Positions 34,982-35,354 of a stretch of 35,354 bases of DNA are shown here, piece after piece. Position numbers and translations under genes: made by a program. The notes beneath the pieces were generated by a model. The model saw nothing but the letters and a program-made list of their open reading frames with translations. It was not told where the DNA came from and searched no databases. Source of the stretch: a virus (taxonomy: Duplodnaviria; Caudoviricetes); IMG/VR virus record IMGVR_UViG_3300011437_000017, positions 1-35,354 of that record; one strand, 5' to 3'. Position 1 is the first letter of the stretch. Every line of letters begins with the position of its first letter.

Positions 34982-35354
34982 GTTCTGTAATAGTGTGTAT
35001 ACGCTCCATACCTTATTGCATCCAGTAAGTGATTGTGTCCATCGAGCGGCTTGTTAGTAGGATTACCCATCTCATCCACCACCCAAATGTACTTTTCTTT
35101 TTCTTCCTTGATATGCCTCCCTTGATAATAAACATTGTACTCCTTCAACTTCTCGATTCCGGCTTTAACCGACCCGTCTCCTTTCTTTGCGGCAACTGCT
35201 CTAACATCGAGTTGCTTAAGTTGTTTAATCATATGAGGGTCATGTTCGCAGTAAACTACACTGTTGTCATCGTACCCATGCGAGATGAGTAGCTCGTTAA
35301 TCCTCTTAGCAGTCATCGCGCCAGTCTTGTAAGCTAACTCTTCGACGTACAAAT
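34978..35354 (-). CDS. terL: Terminase large subunit, C-terminal nuclease domain (partial)
   Basis: AKKG.GSV.AGI..L...E...Y.W...P.D..NH.LDAIRY. Confidence 0.92.
   Translation of the reverse strand, partial: LYVEELAYKTGAMTAKRINELLISHGYDDNSVVYCEHDPHMIKQLKQLDVRAVAAKKGDGSVKAGIEKLKEYNVYYQGRHIKEEKEKYIWVVDEMGNPTNKPLDGHNHLLDAIRYGAYTHYYRT

Noticed and set aside
826-35292. All plus-strand ORFs in the track (e.g. 16254..16691, 27239..27763, 11749..12090)
   Set aside because: Antisense shadows of well-supported minus-strand genes, with no recognisable motifs
1-35354. Stop-codon reassignment, CRISPR array, diversity-generating retroelement, integrase/att site, introns or inteins
   Set aside because: Genes are intact in the standard code, with TAA, TGA and TAG all used as stops; no spacer-repeat array, reverse transcriptase, recombinase of the integrase type or splicing motifs seen by eye

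Overview
A ~35 kb, AT-rich piece of a tailed phage or prophage genome (HK97-fold capsid, probably siphovirus-like). All credible genes are on the minus strand. A Bacteroidota host is inferred from A-rich starts without Shine-Dalgarno sequences, TAnnTTTG promoter boxes, a BT4734/VirE-type primase and a crAss001_48-like gene. In transcription order (right to left) the structural block is: terminase large subunit (partial), an inserted block (C5 DNA methyltransferase, glycoside hydrolase, small membrane protein), portal, prohead protease, major capsid, head-tail/tail genes, tape measure, Ig-decorated tail hub, SGNH-esterase tail spike and a u-spanin-like lipoprotein. After a terminator and promoter region comes an early/replication block: DUF3846, recombinase plus YqaJ-like exonuclease, KTSC-SSB, adenine methyltransferase, SF2 helicase, primase-helicase, HD hydrolase and many small ORFs. 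No integrase, repressor, DNA polymerase or canonical endolysin is visible. The most interesting signal is a possible replisome-interference set: a 90-aa protein resembling only domain I of the host beta-clamp (DnaN), two neighbouring proteins ending in clamp-binding-like QxSLF, an ATPase-dead helicase-like domain and a KTSC-SSB fusion. There are also several repeated non-coding elements: a T-TTCT-A loop hairpin family, a TTTTTGTGGAAA leader motif and a tRNA-like mini-structure. All family assignments come from motif recognition by eye; no searches were run.
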